Positions 26,765 to 37,799 of a DNA stretch of 64,000 nt are shown here, one piece after another; within the stretch, counting starts at the first letter, position 1; each line of letters opens with the position of its first letter. The DNA is taken from NCBI GenBank assembly GCA_050273025.1, contig CP158636.1, positions 992,001 through 1,056,000 of the forward strand. The letters run 5' to 3'. This DNA comes from Cenococcum geophilum (Eukaryota). The translations under genes were made by a program, and so were the position numbers. A model generated the notes under the pieces. It saw only the letters and a program-made list of their open reading frames with translations. It was not told the DNA's origin and made no database searches.

Positions 26765-26814
26765 TAGCCCGCGCTATATCCTATAGCTCGTCTAGTTTAT
26801 TAAAAAGTATCCGT

Positions 26815-28391
26815 TATAACGGCGCTGGAGCGCGTTACCTAGTTAGTGGTTTTGCTTAGGACTTAGCGTGTATATATAGACGTAGCCTCATTACCTTCTC
26901 TTGCTCCTTAGCTTAATATCTTTATAATATAGCATTCGTTCGCTTAATCTTACAAGCATTTATTTAATAGTCTGAGCCGTTATATTATATTAAGCTCCCT
27001 AGTTATATATAGGCTATAGTACTTATATCTTGGGTTTACAAAGTCCTATAATAACTAGGTTGCGAGAAGCTTAGTCCCTATACTATATAGGCACCCTTAT
27101 ATTTTTATTTTTATTCTCTTCTTTTTTTTCCCTTCTCTCTACTAAATAGCCGCCTATGCTATAGGGAAGCACGTGCTAGGTAGTAACCTCTTTCCGACTA
27201 TATGGGCTCGTCAACTAACTAAGCAACGCGTATATCTATTAACTAAACGCGTATGCCTACCGACCGACCTATTAACCGAATAACGACAACGCGTCTAACG
27301 CGTATATCTGTCGACGATTAGTTAACCAACTAATGAACGACAGTACGTCTATAGACGCTAGCACTGTACTACTACCTAAATGGTCCTTTTTAATAGACAC
27401 TAAGCTATATACGCTGCGAGGAACGAAATCGGCTAATACTAAGACTAGTATTATATACTGGCTGTAATAAACGACCCTAACTAATACTAAGCTATATGAG
27501 CTTTAAGGAACGAAATCAACTAGGACTACCAATGCTAGTATTACTCTGCTATTAACTACTAATTATACCAATATATATACGATCTATATACTAGACAATA
27601 GTAGCGCTAATATACCTGCTACTATAATCTGACTATAATTATGCCGATACGCCTATAGTCTTCTAACCGTATAATTGCGCCGTTACGCCTACGATCTACA
27701 ACTTCCGCTTATATCGTACTGCTACAAACCAGATAAATAATAGCGCCGTTATACCTGCTATTTATTAACTAATTAATAGCCCGAGCTTTATGTTTAACCT
27801 ACTATTATAAGACAACCAATAGACAAGCTCTATACTCAACTACTATTGTTACCGCCGCTAGTACTATACTACTACCCAAATAGATATCTATTACTCCTAC
27901 CTACAGCTAATCCAATTTAACAATTGCTGCTCTACCTATAGTACCACAATTGACTTCTACTGCTTCTACCTGTAGTATTATAACTAACAACTGCTGCTAC
28001 GCCTACAGCTGACCTTAATTTAACCATTACTGCTCCTGCCTGTAGTACTATAATAGACATCCGCTGCTCTGCCTATAGCATCTTATTAACTACTACTACC
28101 CTACCTATAGTAAATAACTATAACTATATATAAGGTAGATAAGTACTAAAGAATATCGCCTAAAGGCAGGCTTTTTTCAAAGGGGGGGGGGGGGTAATGT
28201 GACGGCGCTAGAGCGCGTCACCTAGTTAGGGGTTTTGCTTAAGACTTGGCGTATATATATAGACATGGCCTCACCACCTTCTCTTGCTCCTTAGCTTAAT
28301 ATCTTTATAATATAGCATTCGTTCGCTTAATCTTGCAAGCATTTATTTAAGTCTCTATTAAGACATTTATTTGATAGTTTAAGCCGTTATA
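26815..28391 (+). mobile_element. Non-autonomous (TRIM-like) Gypsy-derived LTR element
   Basis: LTRs 26815-26984 and 28198-28391 (the latter has a ~24-bp extra segment), G-run PPT ~28181-28194, RIP-compatible TSD TCCGT/TCTAT, and a ~1.2-kb low-complexity interior with no pol motifs. Confidence 0.85.
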
Positions 28392-29005
28392 TCTATAACA
28401 CTTCTGCTATAAGGTTTATAACAATAATAAGGAATAGATAAAAGTTACTAAATTTAAACTTCTAGGCCTCCTTTCTTTTTTACTACTTTTATTTTATTTT
28501 GTAATATCTTATATAAGGAGAAGTATAAATAGAGAGAGTAGAATTAATTAGTTAGGAAGTTAAGAGCGTTAGTAGAATATTTATACGCTAAGAAATATAG
28601 TTAAGACTATCTAAAGACTATCCGGATAGTCTCTAGATACTATTAACTAATAGGCTTATTATCCGCAAGTGTGACATTCCTTATATTAAGTAGCGATGCG
28701 GTAGAATAACTTACCGCCCGTATATATACCCTATTAATTGGTATTCAAGGCCCGGCTAATTATTAGTTAGCTAAAAAAAATCACGTGTTTAGCTAGCCAC
28801 TTAGGGCAGATTCAAGTATCTCTATAGCGCCACCAGCGCTAAGCCGTAGAGATATGCGTATTAAGGACCACCCACTAATTAAGCCGCTGGTTAACGCCGA
28901 CCGTAGGGTAATTAAGGCCATTAGGGCCCTAAGTATATATAAAAAGTACTCCCTGCCTAATCTTTAATTGTAGTAGCACGTCTACTATTATACCTACTAT
29001 GTAAA

Positions 29006-29370
29006 ATGGCGCTAACTAATTGCGTAGAGATTAAAATCGCTAATAATGCCAAATTACGCGCTAACGTATAGTATGTCCTTGCCCTTACGCGTGCCGCTAA
29101 ACCTAAGAATATGTCTTTAATATATAATCCAAAGTAGAAAGAGTTTAAGGTAATACCCCCCCACCCCCCCCCCCCTTCTAAAAGTATTGCGGCCTACGGC
29201 TAACGCGTTATCTAGCTCTAGGCCTTTTAGAAATAGAAGTAGTATTATAACAACGATACTATTATAGAGGGTAAGCTACTTTTTTATTATTAAGGAGGTT
29301 ATAGGCTAGCCCTTAAAAGGGAAGAGCTTTAAAGCTAATGTTAATAAACCCTAAAAGGAGACGCAGCTTT
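29006..29370 (+). pseudogene. 5' fragment of a Crypton (tyrosine-recombinase DNA transposon) gene, RIP-degraded
   Basis: MAL...RAAKPKN(T)SL(A)Y(D)PK(Q)KEFK, intron GTAATA...CTAAC...TAG (29150-29221), then ...Y..(S)DT(VT)EGKLL(L)F...G(R)PLKGKS...KETQL. This resembles the N-terminus of fungal CryptonF proteins. Truncated against Copia sequence. Confidence 0.6.
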
Positions 29371-32300
29371 TATATGGAGTTTTCTATCCTAGTTACTTAT
29401 TTTAGGTTTAATTAAGTGCGCATTTAGTAATAAGGAATGCTTTTAGTCCTAAAGATAGAGATAAGGATACTTCTAGCTATATAGCTCTTAATTATTCCAT
29501 AAGGATTCGTCTAAATTGTTCTACTTTACCATTTTGTTCTTTGGTATACAGTGCTTAACACTTAAAGGTAATGCCTTTATCTACACACTATGTCTATAAT
29601 ATATCTTTGGTTTATCTAAATATACGTTTATTATTTCTTTAAAAGAAGATAATGTCTTAGTAGGGTCGTATTTTAATTAATTGGTAAGTCTTATAAATAG
29701 TAGGTAGAATAGTAGCTTTGTTCTTATTCTTAGCGGTAAATATAAAGTTAAGTTTAAAATATATATAGTAAAAATATATAATATATCTATTACTATTATA
29801 TCCTAGTTCTCTAAGGCTAATAATATTAAATACTAGCCGTTTAAATGGTTAAGTAGCTAGAGATTTATATTCTTGTCTTTAAGAGATCTACTATATATAC
29901 TTTACTATTAAGCAAATTTTATATTTAATTTTAAGCAGTACTCGTTTGGTGGTTAATTTGGTTAGTACTACGCTACTAATGTACTTAAGAAGCTGCTTAA
30001 TAGTATTAGGTCCTATATAGCCGAGTATTTTATACCATTTTATAGCTGTAGCTCCGACTAGTTTATAGGCTATATGGCTAAGCTAGAATCTTTTAGAGGT
30101 TAAGAATGTTAATTAAGTCAAATCTAGGGTACTTATAGGCGTAGGCTCTCTATATATTAGTGCCTAGTAGCCCCCTAGTTATTTCGCATAGTAGACTATT
30201 TTGCTAGTTACTAGATAGTATAGTAAGTTTTATCCTAAGTCAAAATAGATATAATTATTAGTAGCTCTTAGGAGTGTTATAATATTTGTAAAAAAAGGTA
30301 GGTGCTAGTACTATATAGAATAGCTTCATTTTTAACTTTCTAGTAGATGTGTTAATAATAATAGTTACTATTCTATAAGCTTAAATCTTTTTAAAAAAAT
30401 TATTAGCAATATGGTAGTTATCTTTTACTACTAGGTAGAAGAATATAAAGTCTTCTTTATTATTATAGACGTGCGTATCTATACTAGGGTTAGGTATCTA
30501 GGTGTTCTAGAGTTTAAATAGAATTTAATTAGTACTAAATACGGTAGTAAAACTAGTCGGTATTATAGAAGGTAGAGTTTTAGAATTAAAATTAATTATA
30601 GATTTTAAATTATTCTTTACTTTCTTTTCTTCCTTTTAGATTTAATTAACTAAGTATTTAACCTACGGTATAGATAATATCTTTTCTTTTCTTTTATTCT
30701 GGACGTCTAGCCTTAGTTTCTATCTTTAAGGGCGCTTTTACTTAGCAATATAGTAGTAGTTATTATACCAATATAAGGCCGCACATACATTTCTTGTTCT
30801 ATTTTAAATTGGAATTAGAATTAGAATTATTTTAAAGGGTTATAAATGTGGAGATATTAGCAGTAGTAGTAGGGGATGCAATTTACTGCATACGGTAGTG
30901 CTCTTTAAATTCCTTAATTAGATCGATAATAGATAGGGCAGCTTTATCCTTCTATTCTTTATAAATAAGATCTACTTCTAAAGCTCCTATAAAGCTAGAA
31001 AAGATAGATTTAATAGCTTAAATAAAATTATAGTGCAGCCTAAATCCCTATACATCTAGTAGCTCTAATTATTCCGCAAGCTTATAAATATTCCGCTAGC
31101 TATTCAGCCATTTATTAGTAGTAGTTCTTTAATTAACATCTAATACGGATTCTATCTTGGCCCACGCAGACTACTTCGTTACAGGGGGGAAAACTTATAA
31201 TTTATATAAAGAAAACCCTGCAGTTAGGGAAGGAAAAACCCTATAAGCAGCCTTAGTAGGATAAAAAACCCCAATTTGCCATGTTTGTATATAGCAGCGG
31301 CCCTACGGGCCTACTACACGTCCTCCTCCTTAGATGTTTTAAACTCCTTAGGAACCACTACTTCCTTCTCTAGCTTATTAAAGCTAGGGTTTACTACGTC
31401 CCAGCTAGGCCTTACTAATTAATTGCTGTGTCTTATTGTCTCTTTATATCCCATATCTTGCCTATCCCCTATATGCTATCTCTTATATAAACCACTACCA
31501 TATACGCCTTACCTCCCCCCCCCTTAGAGCTATTAAAGGCGTAAGAGGGATTTATTTATTCTAACTACTGTAATACTAATAAGCGAGCGGGATATTGTGT
31601 GTATTTAGGTATCTTTTATACCTAGGCCCTAGCTAGGCCCTCTCTAAGGGTTACTACTCTATTAAAAGAAGATAGGGAAAACCGTGGGTCGCAATCTAAG
31701 CTGCTAGGTAGTATTTGGTAGTTAAAAACGGCGAGTAACCGTATACTCCGCGGGCGACTGCCCTAGGGGTTAGAAGGGGCCGTATATTTACTTATTTGTT
31801 TATTCGCTCGTACGCTTATTTATCCGTTAATATAAGGTCGTTAATGCTTTCCATTAGGGGCTAGGGGATGCTTTTAAAAGCTGTTTATCCACGTTAGATT
31901 ATATAGGTGCTTAGTAGGAGAACTAGTGGCTATATTGTAAAGGGGTACCGTTAGTAGTGGTTTTCAAGATCTTACCATCCCATATAAAAACTTTTTACTA
32001 CGCCCCACAACGCATACAACTACTAGGTCCTACTTGCACGCGCTATACAACGTCTCTGCGTTGGCTCTAGGTCTAAACTTCGAAGACTTAGGTTCGTAGC
32101 CGTCACCACGTACAGGTGCAGAATCCGTTTTCGACGGCCTTCAGCCATTTATTAATGCTTTGCTTTTTATTGTAGGCTTTTAGGGCCATATATTAATTAA
32201 GAACGTCGTGCTTCTAATTTAAGGTAGTAGGGGCAAGTGCAGTCTCTAATACTTAAAGCCGTTTGTATACCGTTTCAAGGCCATTAATAAGGGAAAGGTA

Positions 32301-33160
32301 GGCTACTAATATTATTTATGGCCTATTCCCGCCCTCAGTATATACCGAGATTGTCCTTATATTTGGCATAAAGCTAGTTATAAGCAGTAAGCTAGTTTTA
32401 GTTTAGTTAAGCTATCGATATAGCTATAGGTAGTACGTCTGTGGTATAGGCCAATTTAGTGGTTCCAGCTTTAAAACCCCATTTTTCTTCTTAAATAGGT
32501 CGACATACTGCCATACCTTATTAGTTTTAGCAGTGTCTTAGATAATAAAGAACTATTAAATCCAATTAGATGGCTGGTTAAGGATAAGGTTGATTTTTAA
32601 ATAAGATTCATTCGTAGTGGTCGCCATTTTAGGGTTTAAAAGGGTCTAGAGAAGGGTTTAATTGGCGTCTTAGCGAAACCTTATTTTAACGTTTCGAGCT
32701 TTTTAATTTAATTCGTTAGTTCGTTCGTTGGTTAGGTACGTCCGTCAATTAGGTTTAACCGCCCGTCTATTTAGTGAGTAAAGAAGGTTAAGACACTTAT
32801 AAAGGTAGTAAAAGTAGTAACTTCTTAAATAAGGTAGTAGATTAATTAGATAGTATAACAAGTAGTATAATTTAGGTAATTACTTAGCAGGTAGTACGAC
32901 CTAGGCTTATAACTATAAGCTTTACAATATAGGTATTAAATAAGCGACTTAATTTTAAATATAGCTTTAAAGACTCTATTTATATATAAGGTAGGTAGTA
33001 AGAAGATAACAACAATAATGCATAATTACCTCGGTAGATAGCGCTTACAGTCGGCAATAGGTAATGAAAATAGGTAGTAAGACATAGGTAGTAAGATATA
33101 CAATATTAAGAAACAAGGTAGTAAGTCGCAAGGTAGCGAAAGCCTTAGTAGTCGGTTGCA
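29371..33160 (-). mobile_element. 5' half of a Copia element (LTR, gag, protease, integrase), related to the 24145 family
   Basis: 5' LTR 32914-33160 with PBS GTTATAAGCCT. Gag (KWLNS.RNIYKLAE.LEL) ~31000-31140, Cys knuckle ~30770, protease ~30490, W(H)..LG(H)IGP ~30020, integrase core ~29400-29800. Leader sequence is shared with 25380-25500 and 26100-26170. Confidence 0.8.
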
Positions 33161-33199
33161 ATATATTATATAAGGTTATAAAGTAATCTAATAGCTCTG

Positions 33200-34330
33200 C
33201 GCTTTTTCTATAACTTCTTAACCTTTTTAAAGTCTATTTTACAATATATAGTTACTATTTCTTTATAAGTTCCTTTTATATTAATTTTAATAATAAAGGC
33301 CTAGACGTAAAGGTTAGTAATATAGCTAAAGTAATAAAGTCTATGTTCTTTACGTAACTTAGCTAATATATTTAGATATAGGGCTTAAAGAATTGCATTA
33401 ATATAAGTGTATATCTATAAGGACGCCTACTATATTCTCACTACTATATTTGCTAGCTACTTTATAAAGCTTAAGAACTACTTAACAATACCTACCATCT
33501 TTACTAATAAAGTAGTCTATAACTCCAAAAATTGTATATAAATTTAGTAATGTCTAAAGATTGAAAGACACTAATATTATACTATAGGCGTCCTTTAACT
33601 TTTCCCTTAGTAATACCTTCCGCTTCTTAAACGATTTTATTATATATTTATAAATTATTTAGCTTACTTAAGGGAGGAACTTAATAAGGCCCAGGTAGAG
33701 GAAGTGGAGGAGTTAATAGAAGTAGGCATTCTTAAACTAGAAGAAGGTAATATAGTAGTAAATAATTTATTGGATTAGGAGAACTTTAAAGGCTTTAAAG
33801 TTATAATTTAAATTAATTTAAATTAAGCAATCTGGCCTCTAGATAAGCTTTAAGTATTAGCTAATTTAGTTAACTTCCTTCTCAGTAAAAAGCTTACCTA
33901 TTATCTTATCTATATAGTAATCCTCTATAGGGTAATCCATAGCGGTAGATCTTCTAAATAACACCATATAGAGTTTAAACTTCTTAATTATCTCTAACTC
34001 GTCAGCTGCTAGATTAGTACTCTTTAACGCGCGTATAATATTATTGAATATAGGTGGGCCACGAATTAATAAATATTAATCACCAAAGCAGCTAATTGGC
34101 CTACTTATATACATTAATACCTCTACGCTCTATCCTTTTACTCTACCTATTTGAATTAGGCTAGAGAACTGGAGCTCTAGGAGCTCTACGGCTTTAATCC
34201 CACTCTATCCACCAATTAAACTAATAGGATTTACCTTTAATGTAGATCTAGCTCCGCGCTAGAGCTCTAACTTTAACCCAGTTTAATTAGATTACTAGTT
34301 ATATGGCTATAGGCATAAAATAAACAGCGA
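33200..34330 (-). mobile_element. hAT (Restless-like) transposase remnant
   Basis: Minus-strand GVI(A)YFISKDGR.C.VVL(G)L.(E)VA(GEH)S(G)EN(M).GVL at ~33530-33420 is the fungal hAT catalytic-region motif. Heavily RIP-mutated and deleted. Confidence 0.65.
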
Positions 34331-35227
34331 GGAGAGTAATCTATAAGACGTTACTGCTTTTTAACCGCTAGTGATCGTATATAGATGTCGTGCAGCAATT
34401 TAACCAGCTTCTTAGGAAAATACTATACTAGGATCTATAAAGAAAGCTATTTCTTTTCTCTTAAAGCCCCTAAGGATATATACCCTAAAAGCCTATAATT
34501 AGCTTTCTTTTAGCTAAAGCTAGGAAGAGGCTACTTTAAATTCTTCCTTAAGACAATGGGGAAGGATAAAGAAGATATAGTGCTATATAAACCCCTAGGC
34601 ACCTACTACTAGACTATAACCTATATAGAGGAAAGAGAAAGGAAATATAAGAGTAAATAGGACCCCCCCCTAAAGAAGTTATTTTATATAAAGGAAATGA
34701 AGTACCTTTTCTATTTTTAGATAAGATAGAAATAGCTACTAGAAAGTGGCTAATAGTAGTAAGATCCTTAGGGGGAGGTAGCTCCTATTAGGTTCCTAAT
34801 AGATAGATATTAAAGAGTAAAAGGATAGAAATAAATGATAAATAGGACAGGGATAGGCGTTAGGGTTTCTTATAGTCTTTTCTATTTTCTTACTCAAGGT
34901 ACATTAAATGGTAGATTGGACTCCGGCTTTAGTACGAGACTTTATATCAAGGGAGATACAAGCCCAGCTGCTCATCAGTCGCTTCGAAGGTCGATGCCAA
35001 GCTCAACACATGAATTGGAGCAGCCCAGTCACTACCCAGTCGGACGATCCCAAGGCCTCCAGAGGGACAACGGATGGAGTATTCGAGAGCAGCAATTACA
35101 GTAATGATACAAACGACGAGGACCCACGACTTACAAAGCGACGGAAGCTGGCCTCGGAACTCCCACAAAATTACGAGCACCACATCCCACGCCGTTCTCA
35201 AAGGCCCTCCGTTGCAATAGAGTCGTA

Positions 35228-36635
35228 CTAGTTGCTGAGTATCGGGACTTGCCTGACCGGCCACCATATCCATTGGCGATGTTCTTCATTCAGCAAAAGA
35301 TGAATCTGTGTCATTAGGTGAGTACTCCAGCCCTCTCCCCACCAAATCGAGTTCATCTGGTCAAGAAGCACACAGAAGAAGGCAAATATACAGAGGGATT
35401 CTTGTTCCCGATCCCTGAGCAGAAGTAAATACTTCTCAGGAACGCGATGGACCCACATGATGGCGTCTGTGGCCCCATGGTTGTACTTGTAAAGGTTAAA
35501 GGCCATAAATGATTTACGGAGCTCCTCGATAGCTTTAACGTATATATCGAACGTCGTTCGGTCCGGGATCGTCTCGGCGATGAGGTGTCGAAGTACATTA
35601 AGCTGCTCTTCTCCAGTTGAGGGTTTGTTCGTAGGCAGCTCCCGCAGTTGGACTCTTCGGAAGCCGTCTTGATACATCGGTCCAAGAGGTCCAGATATGA
35701 GTGCTGCCAAAGAACTTTCCATGATAACATGGGTTCCTCGAAACATCAACAGCCAAGGCGCTATTCCTGTTTCTCCGACGAGCAGAAAGTCCTCCGGCTT
35801 TCGAGGACTAGCCAGAGTATATATAGCAACAAGTATAGAGAAGATGCAGAGCCCAGAACAATTCTCTTGCGTCATATGTGGTAAGAGCTTCCCGCCTCTG
35901 TGGAGACTGATTTGGTGGTGTATTTGGGCGCGTGATACGTAGAAGTCCTTCTTTGGATAGAGGTAGGCCAAATGGAGTGCTGACAAGGCGAGTATGCCAT
36001 GCATAACGAAATCGAAGGAAAATGCAAGTTGAGGAACGTTGATCCGCCATATACTCTGATGCACAGGATCGCTCTGTAAAGTGTAACATGTCTTCGTACA
36101 AAAGTTGTTAAACAGCTCTCGATCAAGGAGGATTAATCTATTGATGCTTTCAGGGGAAGGCTTGCTGCCAGCTTCGGCTATCGCGTTGTTCGTAATCTCG
36201 AGAAGGAAAGAATCCTCTTCTGGTGCTTTGGTTGATATGGTAAGATAGTCGCTTTGTGGTGAATGGTACCTAACATTTTCATGCTTCTCTGTTGGAAATG
36301 TTAGCTTTGCTCGATAGAATATCACAAGTATCTAGAGTCACTTACCATCCTTCGATGATGTCACTTCAGCCGCCTTGATAGGTTTCTTTTTCGTGTACTT
36401 GAAGAATTCCCACTCTTTAAGAATCATTTCCCATTTCCGTTCACTATAGATAGGAGTCAGTCCATGAACTACTTTGAAACATGTGGTCGTCCCACCTTGC
36501 CATGAACCCGTGATTTTCTTCCATTATCGACATAGTGGTCTGGAGAGTGTTGTTTTCCTTCATATAGATCCAATAAATTTCCTTCTTGTGAAACTCCCAT
36601 TTTTCATCATTCGGCGAGCGGCGGGAACTATTCAT
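35228..36635 (-). CDS. Clr5-like N-terminal domain fused to fungal transcription-factor (Upc2/Fungal_trans_2-like) domain, 432 aa; exons 36635-36496, 36443-36346, 36288-35228
   Basis: Exons 1-2 read WEFHKKEIYWIYMKENNTLQTTMSIMEENHGFMASERKWEMILKEWEFFK (Clr5 pattern). Both introns are GT...CTRAC...YAG and in frame (1299 nt). Exon 3 has DRELFNNFCTKTCYTL, IWRINVPQLAFSFDFVMHGILALSALHLA and WWGEGWS, typical of Upc2-like C6 factors. Confidence 0.85.
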
Positions 36636-37421
36636 GGTAAAGCCCAGAGAGTTTAAGTGAAAATATCAATTGAGGAATTACACGAGAAATGTGAAGGGAC
36701 ACGAGGCTTTTTGTTCGTCCATATCCTGAAGCTGGCCACTCGCAGCGGGGTACAAAGTGCAAAATTGCTAACCCTGCGAACTGTCGCGTCACAAATGGCG
36801 TTCTTTCATGACAACGCGCCAAAGTGCAAATTTCCGTACTTCTAACGTCTTAGCCACCCATACGAGTCAGCCACCCACCCGAGCCAACTACTACCCCCCT
36901 GAATGCGTGCACGGACACTGACCAGAATCAAGATCAATTTGACATCAAAATCAACCCCAAATTTACCCTATTATATAAATACACTATAATCCATTGGAAG
37001 CTCCTTCCAAGCCTTCTTCGCAAATGTAATAACACCCCGTAATACGGCCTTCCTTTCCCTTACTATGGTCTCTGGCTGTTCCTTTTGAAGCTTTTTCTTA
37101 TTTTTATTTCGCGCCTCTGCCACTGATAGAACGCGTGCCATACCATACGTGGCTTTTGTCTTACTACAACGCTGCTTCCGCTACTTCTTAAGAAGCCCTT
37201 GATTTGTTTGCTTGAGGATTGTATTATTAGCTACCGTATTTAAAGTGAACTGCTTAATATTATGCATAACTTTAGAACAGGCATGGCAGTAAGCCTTTCA
37301 AGTCTTCCACCAACCTCGGACTTGAATTGAATTTCGTGGCGCTCTAATATCATGGAATTCTATGAAGCGCCGCTGGCTACAAGAATATATGGCATCATTA
37401 GCGTAGTGTTAAGGCTTTTGG

Positions 37422-37799
37422 CAGTGGTGATATCAATATTCAATATCAGGGTGAGGCCATATTGATATTGATATTGAATAATATTGAATATTGAATTCTT
37501 GCCAAGCCTCCATATAAATATAGGGTGCGAACCGTGCACAACCAAAGCCTCAGCCCAAATGCACGCCCAGACATCGCCTAAAATGGACACCTTACATTGT
37601 CCCTATAACCTTTATACACCTTATTATACTATTGTATATATAATATAGTATATATACTTATTGTAGTAAAAGCCATAAAACTAGCTATATATATATACTA
37701 TTATATATTCTCTTTCAATATTCAATATCTTTCAGTATTGAACATATCGTATTGATATTGATATTGAACGTTCAATATTCAATACTAATAACACCACTG
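37422..37799. mobile_element. hAT-type MITE (378 bp)
   Basis: TIRs CAGTGGTG(A/T)TAT..., 8-bp TSD GCTTTTGG/GCTTTTAG (37414-37421, 37800-37807), subterminal ATATTG arrays. Confidence 0.88.

Noticed and set aside
31220..31272. AAAACCC motifs as a telomeric relic
   Set aside because: Only three dispersed copies, not a tandem TTAGGG array.
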